From NCBI GenBank assembly GCA_001805445.1, contig MHGF01000036.1:7526-71525 (forward strand): a stretch of 64,000 nt of DNA. Reading direction: 5' to 3'. This DNA is from Omnitrophica WOR_2 bacterium GWF2_43_52. Its GTDB lineage: Bacteria; Omnitrophota; Gorgyraeia; Gygaellales; UBA12090. The translations under genes were made by a program, and so were the position numbers. Shown one piece after another: positions 34,720 to 44,697 of this stretch (position 1 is the stretch's first letter; every line of letters starts with the position of its first letter). The notes under the pieces are model-generated. The model saw nothing but the letters and a program-made list of their open reading frames with translations. It searched no databases and was not told where the DNA came from.

Positions 34720-36032
34720 TGGCGAAGAAGAAAAGGATCATCATTGTAGGTGCAGGATTGTCAGGATTAAGTGCTGCATGGCATCTTCAGAAAAGAGGGA
34801 TAGAATGTCTAGTCTTTGAGAAAGAACCCGAGGTAGGAGGACTATGTCGTTCTAAAAAAATAAACGGCTTTACTTTTGATTACGCAGGGCATCTTTTACA
34901 TTTTAGGCATCGTTACGCTTTTAATCTTGTTAAGCGTTTACTAAGCGATAATCTACACCCATATAAACGGAGTGCTTGGGTTTATTCTCATGAGCGGTAT
35001 ATACCGTATCCTTTTCAGGCAAATCTTTTTGGTTTACCTCCTAAAGTTGTTAAAGACTGCCTCATGGGTTTTATTCAGGCGCATCATAATAAGCGTTTCC
35101 TCAAAAAAAGAAATATGAGTTTTCATGATTGGATATACGATACTTTTGGCAAAGGGATAGCGGCCCATTTTATGGTTCCTTATAACAGGAAATTTTGGAC
35201 AGTTCCCCTTACTGAATTAACCTGTGAATGGTTGAATGGTTTTATCCCTTTACCCTCTTTAGCTGAGGTAGTTGAAGGAGCTGTGCAAAAGACAAAAAAA
35301 GATGGTTGGGGATACAATAGCCGCTTTTGGTACCCCGAGAAAGGGGGTATTGCTTCGCTTCCTTTGGCGTTAGCAAGGCAGATTAGAAATATATATACCC
35401 ATTGCGAAATTGTAGAGGTAAACTCCAAGGAAAAAGAAATCAGAATGAAGTCAGGAAGCAAAGAAAAATTCGATTGCCTTATTTCTACAATTCCTTTGCC
35501 TGAGTTCGGCTGTTTATTTAAAAGTCTCCCACAGTCGATACATAGTTTATTGCATAAATTAAAATGGAATTCTATTTTTAATCTTAATTTAGGCCTCCAA
35601 AAGAGAAAGAATGCGCACTGCCACTGGGTATATTTCCCGCAAAAAGAAATCAATTTTTTTCGCATAGGGTTCCCTTCGTGTTTTTCTCCATACACAGTAC
35701 CATCGCGGGGGAGTTCCTTATATGCAGAGGTGGCATATTCCAAGGATCAACCCATCGACAAAAGCTCGATAGTCTCCTCTATCAAGAAGGATTTGCAAAA
35801 GATAGGAATCATAGGAGGCGAAGGTGATGTGTGTGCCCAGGATGTTAACGATATAAGATACGGATATCCTATTTATGACAAAAACTATCGAGGAGCAAGA
35901 AAAGGCATAGTGCGCTTCCTCTTGCAAAAACAAATTATTCCCTGCGGCCGTTTTGGCTCATGGCGGTATATGAGTATGGAAGATGTGCTATTAAATGGCA
36001 TGGAATTAGCAAAGAGCATAGCTCATTATTAA
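34719..36032 (+). CDS. FAD-dependent oxidoreductase (UDP-galactopyranose mutase / PPO-like)
   Basis: GAGLSG, GGLCRS..GFTFD..GH, YPFQ, PYNRKFW, GRFGSWRY. Confidence 0.7.
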   Translation: MAKKKRIIIVGAGLSGLSAAWHLQKRGIECLVFEKEPEVGGLCRSKKINGFTFDYAGHLLHFRHRYAFNLVKRLLSDNLHPYKRSAWVYSHERYIPYPFQANLFGLPPKVVKDCLMGFIQAHHNKRFLKKRNMSFHDWIYDTFGKGIAAHFMVPYNRKFWTVPLTELTCEWLNGFIPLPSLAEVVEGAVQKTKKDGWGYNSRFWYPEKGGIASLPLALARQIRNIYTHCEIVEVNSKEKEIRMKSGSKEKFDCLISTIPLPEFGCLFKSLPQSIHSLLHKLKWNSIFNLNLGLQKRKNAHCHWVYFPQKEINFFRIGFPSCFSPYTVPSRGSSLYAEVAYSKDQPIDKSSIVSSIKKDLQKIGIIGGEGDVCAQDVNDIRYGYPIYDKNYRGARKGIVRFLLQKQIIPCGRFGSWRYMSMEDVLLNGMELAKSIAHY

Positions 36033-36033
36033 A

Positions 36034-36855
36034 ATGGTTGCTATTTTACAAGAAATATTTTCCAGAAGAAATTTATTATATGAGCTTGTTATGAGAGATT
36101 TAAAGATTCGTTATGCAAGGAAATCAATGGGGTTTCTTTGGACTTTTTTAATGCCTTTTGCAACAGTTATAACTTTCTACGTAATTTTTTGCCAAATATT
36201 AAAGGTCAAAATAGGGGAAGCACCTTTTTTCTTATATTTAATGAGCGGGGTATTCAGTTGGAGGTTTTTTCACGATTCTGTTGCTGCTGCTACTACGTGT
36301 TTAACGGATAATAAGAAGTTGGTTCAAGAACCGGCCTTCCCCCATTATTTTATTCCTCTCGCGATTACCCTTGCCAATGTAATTAATTTTCTCCCTTCTT
36401 TATTTATTACGGTAGTTATTTCTTTGTTCGTCTCACGCGGAAATGTTATTTTTATTTTTTCTTTACCTTTTATTATATGTATCCATGTTTGTTTAACCGC
36501 AGGCGTTGCAGTTATTTTCTCTATTCTTTATGTGCGATGGAGGAATGTTAAATATGTTGTAGAATTATTTCTATTCGAAGCCTTCTATGCAACTCCTGTC
36601 TTTTATTCGATATATTTAATCAAAGCCACATTCCCCGATATATTCTTTAAGATATTTCTTTGTAACCCATTTACGGGTATTTTGAATTTGTATCGTATCG
36701 CTTTATTGCGGGGCTTTTATGACATGACCAAAAATGACCTTAGCATTTTTAGTTTAATCATTGGTCCTCTCGTCTTTACAATCGGGATTCTTATTCTTGG
36801 ATATATGCTTTACGAGAGGCATAAAACTATAATTAATGATTATTTGTCAGGATAA
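36034..36855 (+). CDS. wzm: ABC polysaccharide exporter permease Wzm
   Basis: RDLKIRY...G..W..L.P, FYATPVFY, NPF, multi-TM. Confidence 0.9.
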   Translation: MVAILQEIFSRRNLLYELVMRDLKIRYARKSMGFLWTFLMPFATVITFYVIFCQILKVKIGEAPFFLYLMSGVFSWRFFHDSVAAATTCLTDNKKLVQEPAFPHYFIPLAITLANVINFLPSLFITVVISLFVSRGNVIFIFSLPFIICIHVCLTAGVAVIFSILYVRWRNVKYVVELFLFEAFYATPVFYSIYLIKATFPDIFFKIFLCNPFTGILNLYRIALLRGFYDMTKNDLSIFSLIIGPLVFTIGILILGYMLYERHKTIINDYLSG

Positions 36856-36858
36856 AAT

Positions 36859-38595
36859 ATGATTCCGTTACTTTTAAACGATACCGCTATGGCTGTTTCT
36901 TTGGGCGCGTTAAGCAAGAAATATCCGCTTCAGGCAGTATCCGGGAGCCACACGCGCTATCTGGGTGGCGAATTTTGGGCATTAAAGGATATCTCTTTAA
37001 GTATTCCTCAGGGACATATTTTAGGTATCCTTGGCCGGAATGGCTCAGGCAAGACAACACTTTTAAATGTCGTTGCAGGAATCGTACCTCCTACCAAGGG
37101 AAAGGTTGTGACCAAGGGGAAGGTGCTTGGCTTGTTTAACTTGGGAATAGGGTTTCAAGATGAACTCAGCGGGAGAGAAAATATTTTTCTTAATGGGTCG
37201 ATTATTGGAGCAGGAAAGACGGAGCTTGAAAATGCATTATCGGCAATTATAGACTTTTCAGAGTTGGGAGATTTTATTGATATGCCCTTAGGCAGCTATT
37301 CGCAAGGCATGCGTTTGCGTTTAGGTTTTAGTATTATTGCCCATTTGGATTTTGAGGTATTGGTGATTGATGAAATTTTAACTGTAGGAGACATCCTATT
37401 TCAAAATAAGTGCTTTCAGCGTTTGATAGAGTTTAAACATTCAGGAAAAACATTGCTGATAACTACGCAAAGCATGGATTTGCTTGAGAGGCTTTGTGAT
37501 ACAGTTGCCCTTTTGGAGCATGGATGCTTATTGTTTCATGGTGAAGCAGAAAAAGCTGTTAACCACTATTATGCCCTATTAAATGCAAAGAAGTTCTTTG
37601 TAGGGTTACCGAAAGAGAACGTGCGTATGGTTGAGACTACCAAGAAATGGGCGGATAATAGATCGGAGTGGGGTTTACGGCTTGGGACAAAGGAAGCGGA
37701 AATACATTCCCTTAGCCTTTATAATAAATTCGGATTGCTCTGTAAGCGTATTAGAAGTGGCCAACCATTAAAACTAAGAGTTAATTTTAGTGTTAATACT
37801 ATTATTAAGGATCCGCATTTTGGAATAGCAATATTCAGAAAAGATGGGGTCTATTGCTACGGGCCTAATACTCTCTTTGATGGGCACAAAATCCCAGAGC
37901 TCAAAAAAGGGAAAGGGTGGTTTTCTCTTCATTATAAGAAATTATGGTTAGCTCCCGGAGAGTATGTGCTCTCAGTAGCTATTTGGGATAAATATGAGAC
38001 CGTGGCGTTTGATTACCATTGTGGTTATTATACGTTATTAGTAACAGGAGCTGATAATAGAGATAACAAGCTTTTAGATGTCAAAGCCAAGTATAAGCTT
38101 TCAAGGAAAAAATATCGCCCATATACTTTTATAAAAAAAAGTGATGCCAGAGCCATTATGCCATTTCTTAGCGATGCGAGCGTCCATAAGCAGCAGTATG
38201 CCGGCATAGAAATACAATCATTTTTACTCTCCCACCCCTCTGGGCAAAAAAAAGGTATTTTTATCACTAATCAGCCGGTTATGTTTCGTATCACTATAAG
38301 TACTCATTTGCTTGAGGAAAAAGGTAGAGATATATGGTTTGGCATCTTTAGGGAAGATGGTATTTATTGCCACGGAATATCGTTCGCGATAGAAAACGAT
38401 ACCAGGATTACTCTTGTGTACCCTCAACTGCCGTTATTACCGGGAAAATACGGGGTTTCGATTGGACTCTCGAATAAAAAAACGCGTAGGCCATTTCTGC
38501 ACTTCCCCGGGATACATTCGTTTTGTATGACATTTGATAAACATGATCATGGAACAGTTTATCTAGAGCATTCTTGGGCATGGAAAATGGCCTAA
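36859..38595 (+). CDS. wzt: ABC polysaccharide exporter ATPase Wzt with two C-terminal carbohydrate-binding domains
   Basis: GRNGSGKT, YSQGM, IDE; two repeats of F.IFR.DG.YC.G .. L.PG.Y. Confidence 0.9.
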   Translation: MIPLLLNDTAMAVSLGALSKKYPLQAVSGSHTRYLGGEFWALKDISLSIPQGHILGILGRNGSGKTTLLNVVAGIVPPTKGKVVTKGKVLGLFNLGIGFQDELSGRENIFLNGSIIGAGKTELENALSAIIDFSELGDFIDMPLGSYSQGMRLRLGFSIIAHLDFEVLVIDEILTVGDILFQNKCFQRLIEFKHSGKTLLITTQSMDLLERLCDTVALLEHGCLLFHGEAEKAVNHYYALLNAKKFFVGLPKENVRMVETTKKWADNRSEWGLRLGTKEAEIHSLSLYNKFGLLCKRIRSGQPLKLRVNFSVNTIIKDPHFGIAIFRKDGVYCYGPNTLFDGHKIPELKKGKGWFSLHYKKLWLAPGEYVLSVAIWDKYETVAFDYHCGYYTLLVTGADNRDNKLLDVKAKYKLSRKKYRPYTFIKKSDARAIMPFLSDASVHKQQYAGIEIQSFLLSHPSGQKKGIFITNQPVMFRITISTHLLEEKGRDIWFGIFREDGIYCHGISFAIENDTRITLVYPQLPLLPGKYGVSIGLSNKKTRRPFLHFPGIHSFCMTFDKHDHGTVYLEHSWAWKMA

Positions 38596-38859
38596 GTATA
38601 GGTTTTTTCTATGGTATTTTCTAGGGATACCATAACTTTGTTACTGCTGGCAAGGAATGGATTTTACGGCAAGGGGCGTTTATAATCAAAACACATAAGC
38701 GACAGAAATTATTTCAGCGAAGAAAACCAGAATTATCAAGCCTTCTTCCTGTCGAGCATTCCATACATTAAATTGAAAAGGCGAAAGCCCTGTAATCCTT
38801 TAGGCCTTATCTTGAGTTAGCGCGAGCCTGTAACACAAAGGAAATCCAGAGACTAAAGC

Positions 38860-40719
38860 ATGAATGATAAGATCCCGCTCATAAGCATTATTGTCGTTAA
38901 TCATAATGGGAAGCAATTCTTGGAACCTTGTTTCGGCACGTTATTAAATCTTGCTTATCCGAAAGATAAAGTAGAGCTCATTATGGTAGATAATTGTTCT
39001 ACAGACAATTCTGTAAATTTCGTTAGAGAAAGATATCCAGAAGTTATCGTTCTTAAGAATGATGTCAATAATTACTGCCGTGCTAACAATGTGGGCATAG
39101 AGCACGCGAAAGGTGAATTTGTGGCTGTGCTCAATAATGACACAAAAGTGGAGCAGAATTGGCTTCGTGGGCTTGTGAATCTAATGATAGAATATCACGA
39201 TGTTGCCGCGGTAGGAAGTAAAATCTTATTTATGGATGGTAAAATAAATAGTGTAGGGCATAGGGAATTGCCTGATTTTTATTGGACAGACCTGGGATAT
39301 AAGGAAACTGATGGTGGCCAGTATGATACTGTTTGTCAGGCCAGTAGTGTATGCGCAGGCGCAGCACTATTTAGAAAAACAGCCATAAAGCAAATAGGCC
39401 TGTTCGACGAAGACTTCGAGATGTATGTCGAAGATGTTGATGTAGCGATACGCCTTAAGAAAAGTGGATGGAGGATAATGTATTCTCCTTTTGGTATTGT
39501 TCATCATCAATTTCATGGGACATCAAATGATGCGTTGGCAAGATTCTATGTGGAAAGAAACCGGTTGTTACTTATTGCAAAACATTATCCGGAAAAATTG
39601 AGCGCTGCATTTTTAGGGAGAGGTTATTTTACCGTGACGCACGATAGTAATAACCTTACCGACGTGTATGCCATCCTGCCGTTAGTATTTTCAAAATTGT
39701 TACGCCACCATGGTATTGAAACAATTAATGCCCTCTTGCCAGATCTATTTGATAATTTAAAAAAAATTCTTAATTTTGAGAAAGATTATTTAATCCAGGC
39801 TTTAGATGGCGAAAGAGTAAAGCTTCAGCTTAAAGATAAAGAGTTAACCCAAATAGATATCGAAAAAAAGGAACAGTTGCAAGATGCTTCGCAACAGCTC
39901 CAACAAAGGCTTGCTGAGCTTCAGTTAAAGGGTAAAGATTTGCTTCAAAAAGACGCCATTATACGAGAAAAGAATGATCTGTTAAAGCAGGTTTCCGAGC
40001 AGCTTCAACAAAAGCTTTCCGAAGCAGATGTTCTTAAAAGACAAATTGACGCTTTTTATTCTTCAGAGACATTTAGGTATGTGGTTCGTCCGTTATGGGC
40101 AATGCTTGAGTATATAAAGAAAACTCGGAATGGGCATAAGGGAAGAGAGGCTGAAAAGCGCGTTTTGTTTATCAAGCCCCAACAAGTATCTGTTCGGGAT
40201 ACTGAGAAGATATTAGAAGAATTCCAAGAGCAATATCCCTGCGCACGAATTTCCTTAATTGGTAATTTGCTGGTAGATGATTATGGGCGATTATCTCGAA
40301 ATGCTACGATCAACGAGGGGTTGTTGTATTGTCCCGATGCCAGAAGCTTTAGCATTTTAGAAAAAGTGCGGTTGACCTTACAGTTGCCAAGAAAGAAATA
40401 TGCTGTGGCGATAGTGCTGGCAGGGCAACGGTTTTATCTAGGGTATACTCTTGCGAGAATGTTGGCTCTTTTAAGCGGCGCAAGAGAAGTTAAACAAATA
40501 CTGGTTGACAGAGGGAGCGGAGCGGAAAATCGCCTGGAGTCCATGCCTCTTAAGAAAATAGCGATAGTGAGGGATATGGTTGTGCAGAGTATAGTGCACT
40601 TGCTTAATGGCTTTTTTGTGTTAGGGGTCATGCTTCTTTTTTTCATCTTTATAATCATTGATTTAAAGATCAGAAAATTAATATATAAACTGAAAATCTA
40701 CTTCTTCGCTAAGATATGA
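38860..40719 (+). CDS. GT2 glycosyltransferase with coiled coil, extra domain and C-terminal TM
   Basis: SIIVVN.NG, VDNCSTD, LNND, FDEDFEMYVEDVD; Q/K/L-rich coiled coil; hydrophobic C-terminus. Confidence 0.85.
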   Translation: MNDKIPLISIIVVNHNGKQFLEPCFGTLLNLAYPKDKVELIMVDNCSTDNSVNFVRERYPEVIVLKNDVNNYCRANNVGIEHAKGEFVAVLNNDTKVEQNWLRGLVNLMIEYHDVAAVGSKILFMDGKINSVGHRELPDFYWTDLGYKETDGGQYDTVCQASSVCAGAALFRKTAIKQIGLFDEDFEMYVEDVDVAIRLKKSGWRIMYSPFGIVHHQFHGTSNDALARFYVERNRLLLIAKHYPEKLSAAFLGRGYFTVTHDSNNLTDVYAILPLVFSKLLRHHGIETINALLPDLFDNLKKILNFEKDYLIQALDGERVKLQLKDKELTQIDIEKKEQLQDASQQLQQRLAELQLKGKDLLQKDAIIREKNDLLKQVSEQLQQKLSEADVLKRQIDAFYSSETFRYVVRPLWAMLEYIKKTRNGHKGREAEKRVLFIKPQQVSVRDTEKILEEFQEQYPCARISLIGNLLVDDYGRLSRNATINEGLLYCPDARSFSILEKVRLTLQLPRKKYAVAIVLAGQRFYLGYTLARMLALLSGAREVKQILVDRGSGAENRLESMPLKKIAIVRDMVVQSIVHLLNGFFVLGVMLLFFIFIIIDLKIRKLIYKLKIYFFAKI

Positions 40720-41912
40720 ATATATGTTTCCTATCCAGAGAGTATCCTCCTAAGATTATTGGTGGCGTTGGTACCTATACCTATGAAATGGCCCAGGCAT
40801 TACGCGCGTTAGGCCATGGAGTGTACATCATTACAGAGGCTATCGGTGAGGAAAGGGAATTGTATGAGGATGGCATTTATGTAATGAGAATCGCCTGCCG
40901 GGATATTCCCTTATTTGCTCCTTTTAGAAATGTGCTCAAGATGACCATTGATCGTTTAGAATACAGTTATGCCGTATCAAAAAAGTTGAGCCGCATAGTT
41001 GAAAAATATAAAATAGATATCGTTGAGAGCTGTGAAGCTCGGGCTGAAGGATTTTGGTATTATCTGTTTCATCGTAAGCCGCCTTTAATCATTAAATTGC
41101 ATACACCAGAAAAGATAGCATTTAGGCTTGACCGCATAACTGAGAGCTTAGATGTAAAAATAAGAAATTTATTAGAAGAATGGTGGATTCTTCGGGCAGA
41201 TAAGATAGTCGCGGTAACAAAGGCCATAGCGGGATTAGTATCGCACTATTACCATATTGAGTTAAAAGATTTATCTCCAGTATATTATCCTCTCAACGCG
41301 GAACTGTTTAAGCCAAATGGTCACCTATCAAAGAATACGAATCCGGTAGTTTTATATGCGGGAAGGCTAGAGGTAAGAAAAGGTGTGCTCATATTATTGG
41401 AGGCAATCCCTTTGGTTATTGCAGAATTTCCCAATGTTCAATTCTATTTTGTTGGTGCCGATGCAGGCATTAAATATCGCATGGATAAAATGATTGATAG
41501 GCTTGGATGTGCAAAAAATATCACTTTTGTTAGTCAAGTAAGTAGAGAGGAAATGGTCTCTTATTATCGGTCTTCCGATATATGCGTGTTCCCCTCACTA
41601 TGGGAAAATTTTGCTTTTACTGCGCTTGAAGCTATGGCATGCGCTAAGACAGTGATCGTTAGCCGTACAGGAGGATTCCTTGAAATGATTGATGACGGGG
41701 TAACTGGTATTTTTTGTGACCCCGAGGATCCCTGCGATGTAGCGGAAAAGATGCGATGCGCTCTAAGAGATGCCTCATTTAGAGCGTCTATAGGGGAGCA
41801 AGCAAGGGCCAGAGTATTACAGAGGTATGCCCCAAGAAAAAAGGCAAAGGAGATGGCTGAAATTTATCAAAAAATGCTTAGCAGAAATAATCATGATAAA
41901 AAGGGAGAGTAG
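40716..41912 (+). CDS. GT4 glycosyltransferase
   Basis: SREYPP..GG.GTYT, GRLE.RKG, PSLWENF....LEAMA. Confidence 0.9.
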   Translation: MNICFLSREYPPKIIGGVGTYTYEMAQALRALGHGVYIITEAIGEERELYEDGIYVMRIACRDIPLFAPFRNVLKMTIDRLEYSYAVSKKLSRIVEKYKIDIVESCEARAEGFWYYLFHRKPPLIIKLHTPEKIAFRLDRITESLDVKIRNLLEEWWILRADKIVAVTKAIAGLVSHYYHIELKDLSPVYYPLNAELFKPNGHLSKNTNPVVLYAGRLEVRKGVLILLEAIPLVIAEFPNVQFYFVGADAGIKYRMDKMIDRLGCAKNITFVSQVSREEMVSYYRSSDICVFPSLWENFAFTALEAMACAKTVIVSRTGGFLEMIDDGVTGIFCDPEDPCDVAEKMRCALRDASFRASIGEQARARVLQRYAPRKKAKEMAEIYQKMLSRNNHDKKGE

Positions 41913-42170
41913 TTAATGAAGTGTTTATTACAGGTGCCAGGGCCATGGTATCGCTCTCTTGTTGAGATTTGCATGAGACGGCCAAGATAAGAAGTACAGC
42001 CTTGTGGGTAAAAGGTATTCGAAGTGTTATTAATCCCTAGCATTAAATCAAATCCAGCTAAGCATAGTATATGCTCATCAACCATATTCTCAGAGATGGA
42101 AAAACAGGGTATTGCGGGCATCCCTGTAAGGAGAGGTAACTATTGCCTTATGTTTGGATCATAAGGAAAA

Positions 42171-44609
42171 ATGGTTAGATGTAGAAAAATGGGAAAAACA
42201 GCCCTGAGAGATATTTATTTGTTAAATGAGTTTACCGATATATGTAATTTGAAGTGCATTATGTGCGACCATGGGCGCGGTAAGAAGATCCATGGAGAAT
42301 ATCCTCTTGGTATCCTGCCAGACGAACAGTTCCAGCGTATCCTTAATCATATCAAGTATCAGGGAGTGCATATCAAGTGTTTTCACGCAGGATGGCTCGG
42401 CGAACCTCTTTGTCACCCCGCATCTTCCATCCTGCTTGCGCAATTATTTAGGGAAAACGCATTGTATAATTATTTTGACGGTTTTAGCATGAATACAAAC
42501 GGTATATTGTTGCATAAGGAAATAAGTAATGTTTTTTTAGACTATGCTCAGTTTCTAGAAGAAAAAAAATCAGGGTTTGTTAGGATTCATATGTCGCTTC
42601 ATGCAGCAACAAAAAAAATATATGAAACAATTACCGGTAAGCAGGGGGAAAATATTGGAAAGGTGTTGGATAATATTGATTATCTTATGGCAGAAAGAAA
42701 AAAGAGAAACCTTCAGTTGCCAAACCTAACGTTTCTTTTTGTTGTGACTGAGAGTAACAAAGACGAGGCTAAGGCATTTCTTCGTTTTTGGCAGAAAAAA
42801 CTCAAAGAATACAACAGAAAATTTGAAATTATATTTGATTGGCCAAAAGATGCTCCAGGGATTGATACCGATGCGATATATTTCAGGAGAGAAATTGCCT
42901 ATGAACAATATAAGGCAGAACAATTGCACAAGCAGGTAGCCTGCCGGCTTGGACTGATACCTAAGCCCATGATGAAGGAACGGATTATTAAATCAAACGA
43001 AGTGTTGCGGAAAACTGTAGAGGAAAACTACAATTATCAGAGACGACCATGTCCTGCCCTCTTTCGTACTCTCGTGGTTCATAACACAGGAATCGCAGTC
43101 CCTTGTTGCAGCGATTTACGCTTGGAATTGAAGGTAGGGGATTTGACAAAACAATCCTTAGACGTAATCTGGCATGGTGAGGCGATTACGGAAATGAGAT
43201 TGGCGCATATACGGGGTGATTTCGCAAAATATAACCGTTGTTGTTATTGTAACAATATTGATTCATTTGTAATTTCAGATGATGAAATAGTGCAGTATCT
43301 CGATGATATTGGCAGAAAAGATGAAATTATGCCTTTCTTAAGGCGTATGCGTAAGATGGAGGCAGTGTTACCGCTGCGCCTTCGGGAAAGATTAAACATC
43401 TGTTTGGTTTCTCGTGAGTATCCCCAAGAAACAGGGTGGGGGGGGATAGGAACGTATACTTATCAGTTAGCCACGGGATTAGAAAAGAAGGGGCATACAG
43501 TGCATGTGGTTGCTTTGAGTTTAAATGGGAATAAAGAATATACGCAGGATCATATTTATGTCCATCGCATAGCTGCTTCCGGCCTATTTTGCTTTAAGGG
43601 TTTTTTCCCCGAGTTTCTTACTCGGTTAGAATATAGTTATCATCTCTACAAAACATTGCAGCAGCTTATTCGTAAGTACAGTATTGATATAGTAGAGGCT
43701 CCTAACTTCTTCGCGGAGGCCTTTATTTATTCTTTATTCGGGAACGTCCCTCTGGTGATACGGTTACATTCATCCTTTAAAGAAATAATCAAGGCATACG
43801 GATGGCCGTTTACCTTAGACCGGAAGCTAAGTTGTTTTATGGAAGATAGTGCTATTATCCGTAGCGATTTAATAACGTGTTCAACGAAAATATGCGCTCA
43901 GTCTATGGCGGAAGAAGCGGGGATTGATGTTCGCAGGATTGCCGTGATTCCTTTAGGTGTAATGCTTCCTGATATCCAGGAGGAAAGGCTTGGAGATAAT
44001 TATGAAGATGATGAAACGTTGCGGGTACTTTTTGTTGGAAGATTGGAGCGAAGAAAAGGCGTGCATATTTTAATGCAGGCTATTCCCAGAATCTTAGAGG
44101 AAATGCCTCATGCGCATTTTACCTTTATCGGCAGGGATACCTTTATCAATGCCAAAAATTCCGCTTTCACAGGCTCAAAGAAGGAATCATTCAGAGAGTT
44201 TCTTTTAAAAGATTTTCCTCAGCGCATGAAGGGTAATCTTCATTTTCTAGGATTTGCTGAGGAAGCAGAATTGCGGCATTATTTAAGAAACTGCCATTTT
44301 CTCGTTGCGCCTTCCTTATATGAAACATTTGGATTTATTTACATAGAAGCTATGTCTTATGGAAAGCCTGTAATTGGTTGCAAGGTCGGAGGTGTGTCAG
44401 AAGTCATTATTGATCAAAAAACAGGAATAGTGGTGCCTCCTGCAGATTCAAATGCCCTCGCGCAGGCAATAGCATATTTGCTTAAAAATAAACAGGTGCG
44501 GGTTAAGATGGGTCAGGCAGCGTTTGAGCATGTTAAGAATAATTTTATTTGCGATACAATGATTGAGAGGACGCTCAATGCTTATAAAGAAGTCTTGCGC
44601 AGAAAATAA
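42171..44609 (+). CDS. Radical SAM (Twitch/SPASM)-GT4 fusion protein
   Basis: CNLKCIMC, GEPL, CPAL..G..VPCC..CCYC, then SREYP..GGIGTYT..PSLYETFG..EAM. Confidence 0.85.
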   Translation: MVRCRKMGKTALRDIYLLNEFTDICNLKCIMCDHGRGKKIHGEYPLGILPDEQFQRILNHIKYQGVHIKCFHAGWLGEPLCHPASSILLAQLFRENALYNYFDGFSMNTNGILLHKEISNVFLDYAQFLEEKKSGFVRIHMSLHAATKKIYETITGKQGENIGKVLDNIDYLMAERKKRNLQLPNLTFLFVVTESNKDEAKAFLRFWQKKLKEYNRKFEIIFDWPKDAPGIDTDAIYFRREIAYEQYKAEQLHKQVACRLGLIPKPMMKERIIKSNEVLRKTVEENYNYQRRPCPALFRTLVVHNTGIAVPCCSDLRLELKVGDLTKQSLDVIWHGEAITEMRLAHIRGDFAKYNRCCYCNNIDSFVISDDEIVQYLDDIGRKDEIMPFLRRMRKMEAVLPLRLRERLNICLVSREYPQETGWGGIGTYTYQLATGLEKKGHTVHVVALSLNGNKEYTQDHIYVHRIAASGLFCFKGFFPEFLTRLEYSYHLYKTLQQLIRKYSIDIVEAPNFFAEAFIYSLFGNVPLVIRLHSSFKEIIKAYGWPFTLDRKLSCFMEDSAIIRSDLITCSTKICAQSMAEEAGIDVRRIAVIPLGVMLPDIQEERLGDNYEDDETLRVLFVGRLERRKGVHILMQAIPRILEEMPHAHFTFIGRDTFINAKNSAFTGSKKESFREFLLKDFPQRMKGNLHFLGFAEEAELRHYLRNCHFLVAPSLYETFGFIYIEAMSYGKPVIGCKVGGVSEVIIDQKTGIVVPPADSNALAQAIAYLLKNKQVRVKMGQAAFEHVKNNFICDTMIERTLNAYKEVLRRK

Positions 44610-44697
44610 GCAGGAACCTTTACTTATGTATAATCCAAAAGACCAAATCACCCGTCATCTATTTTCTTAAAGCCCGAATGGTTATGATGTCCACAGA

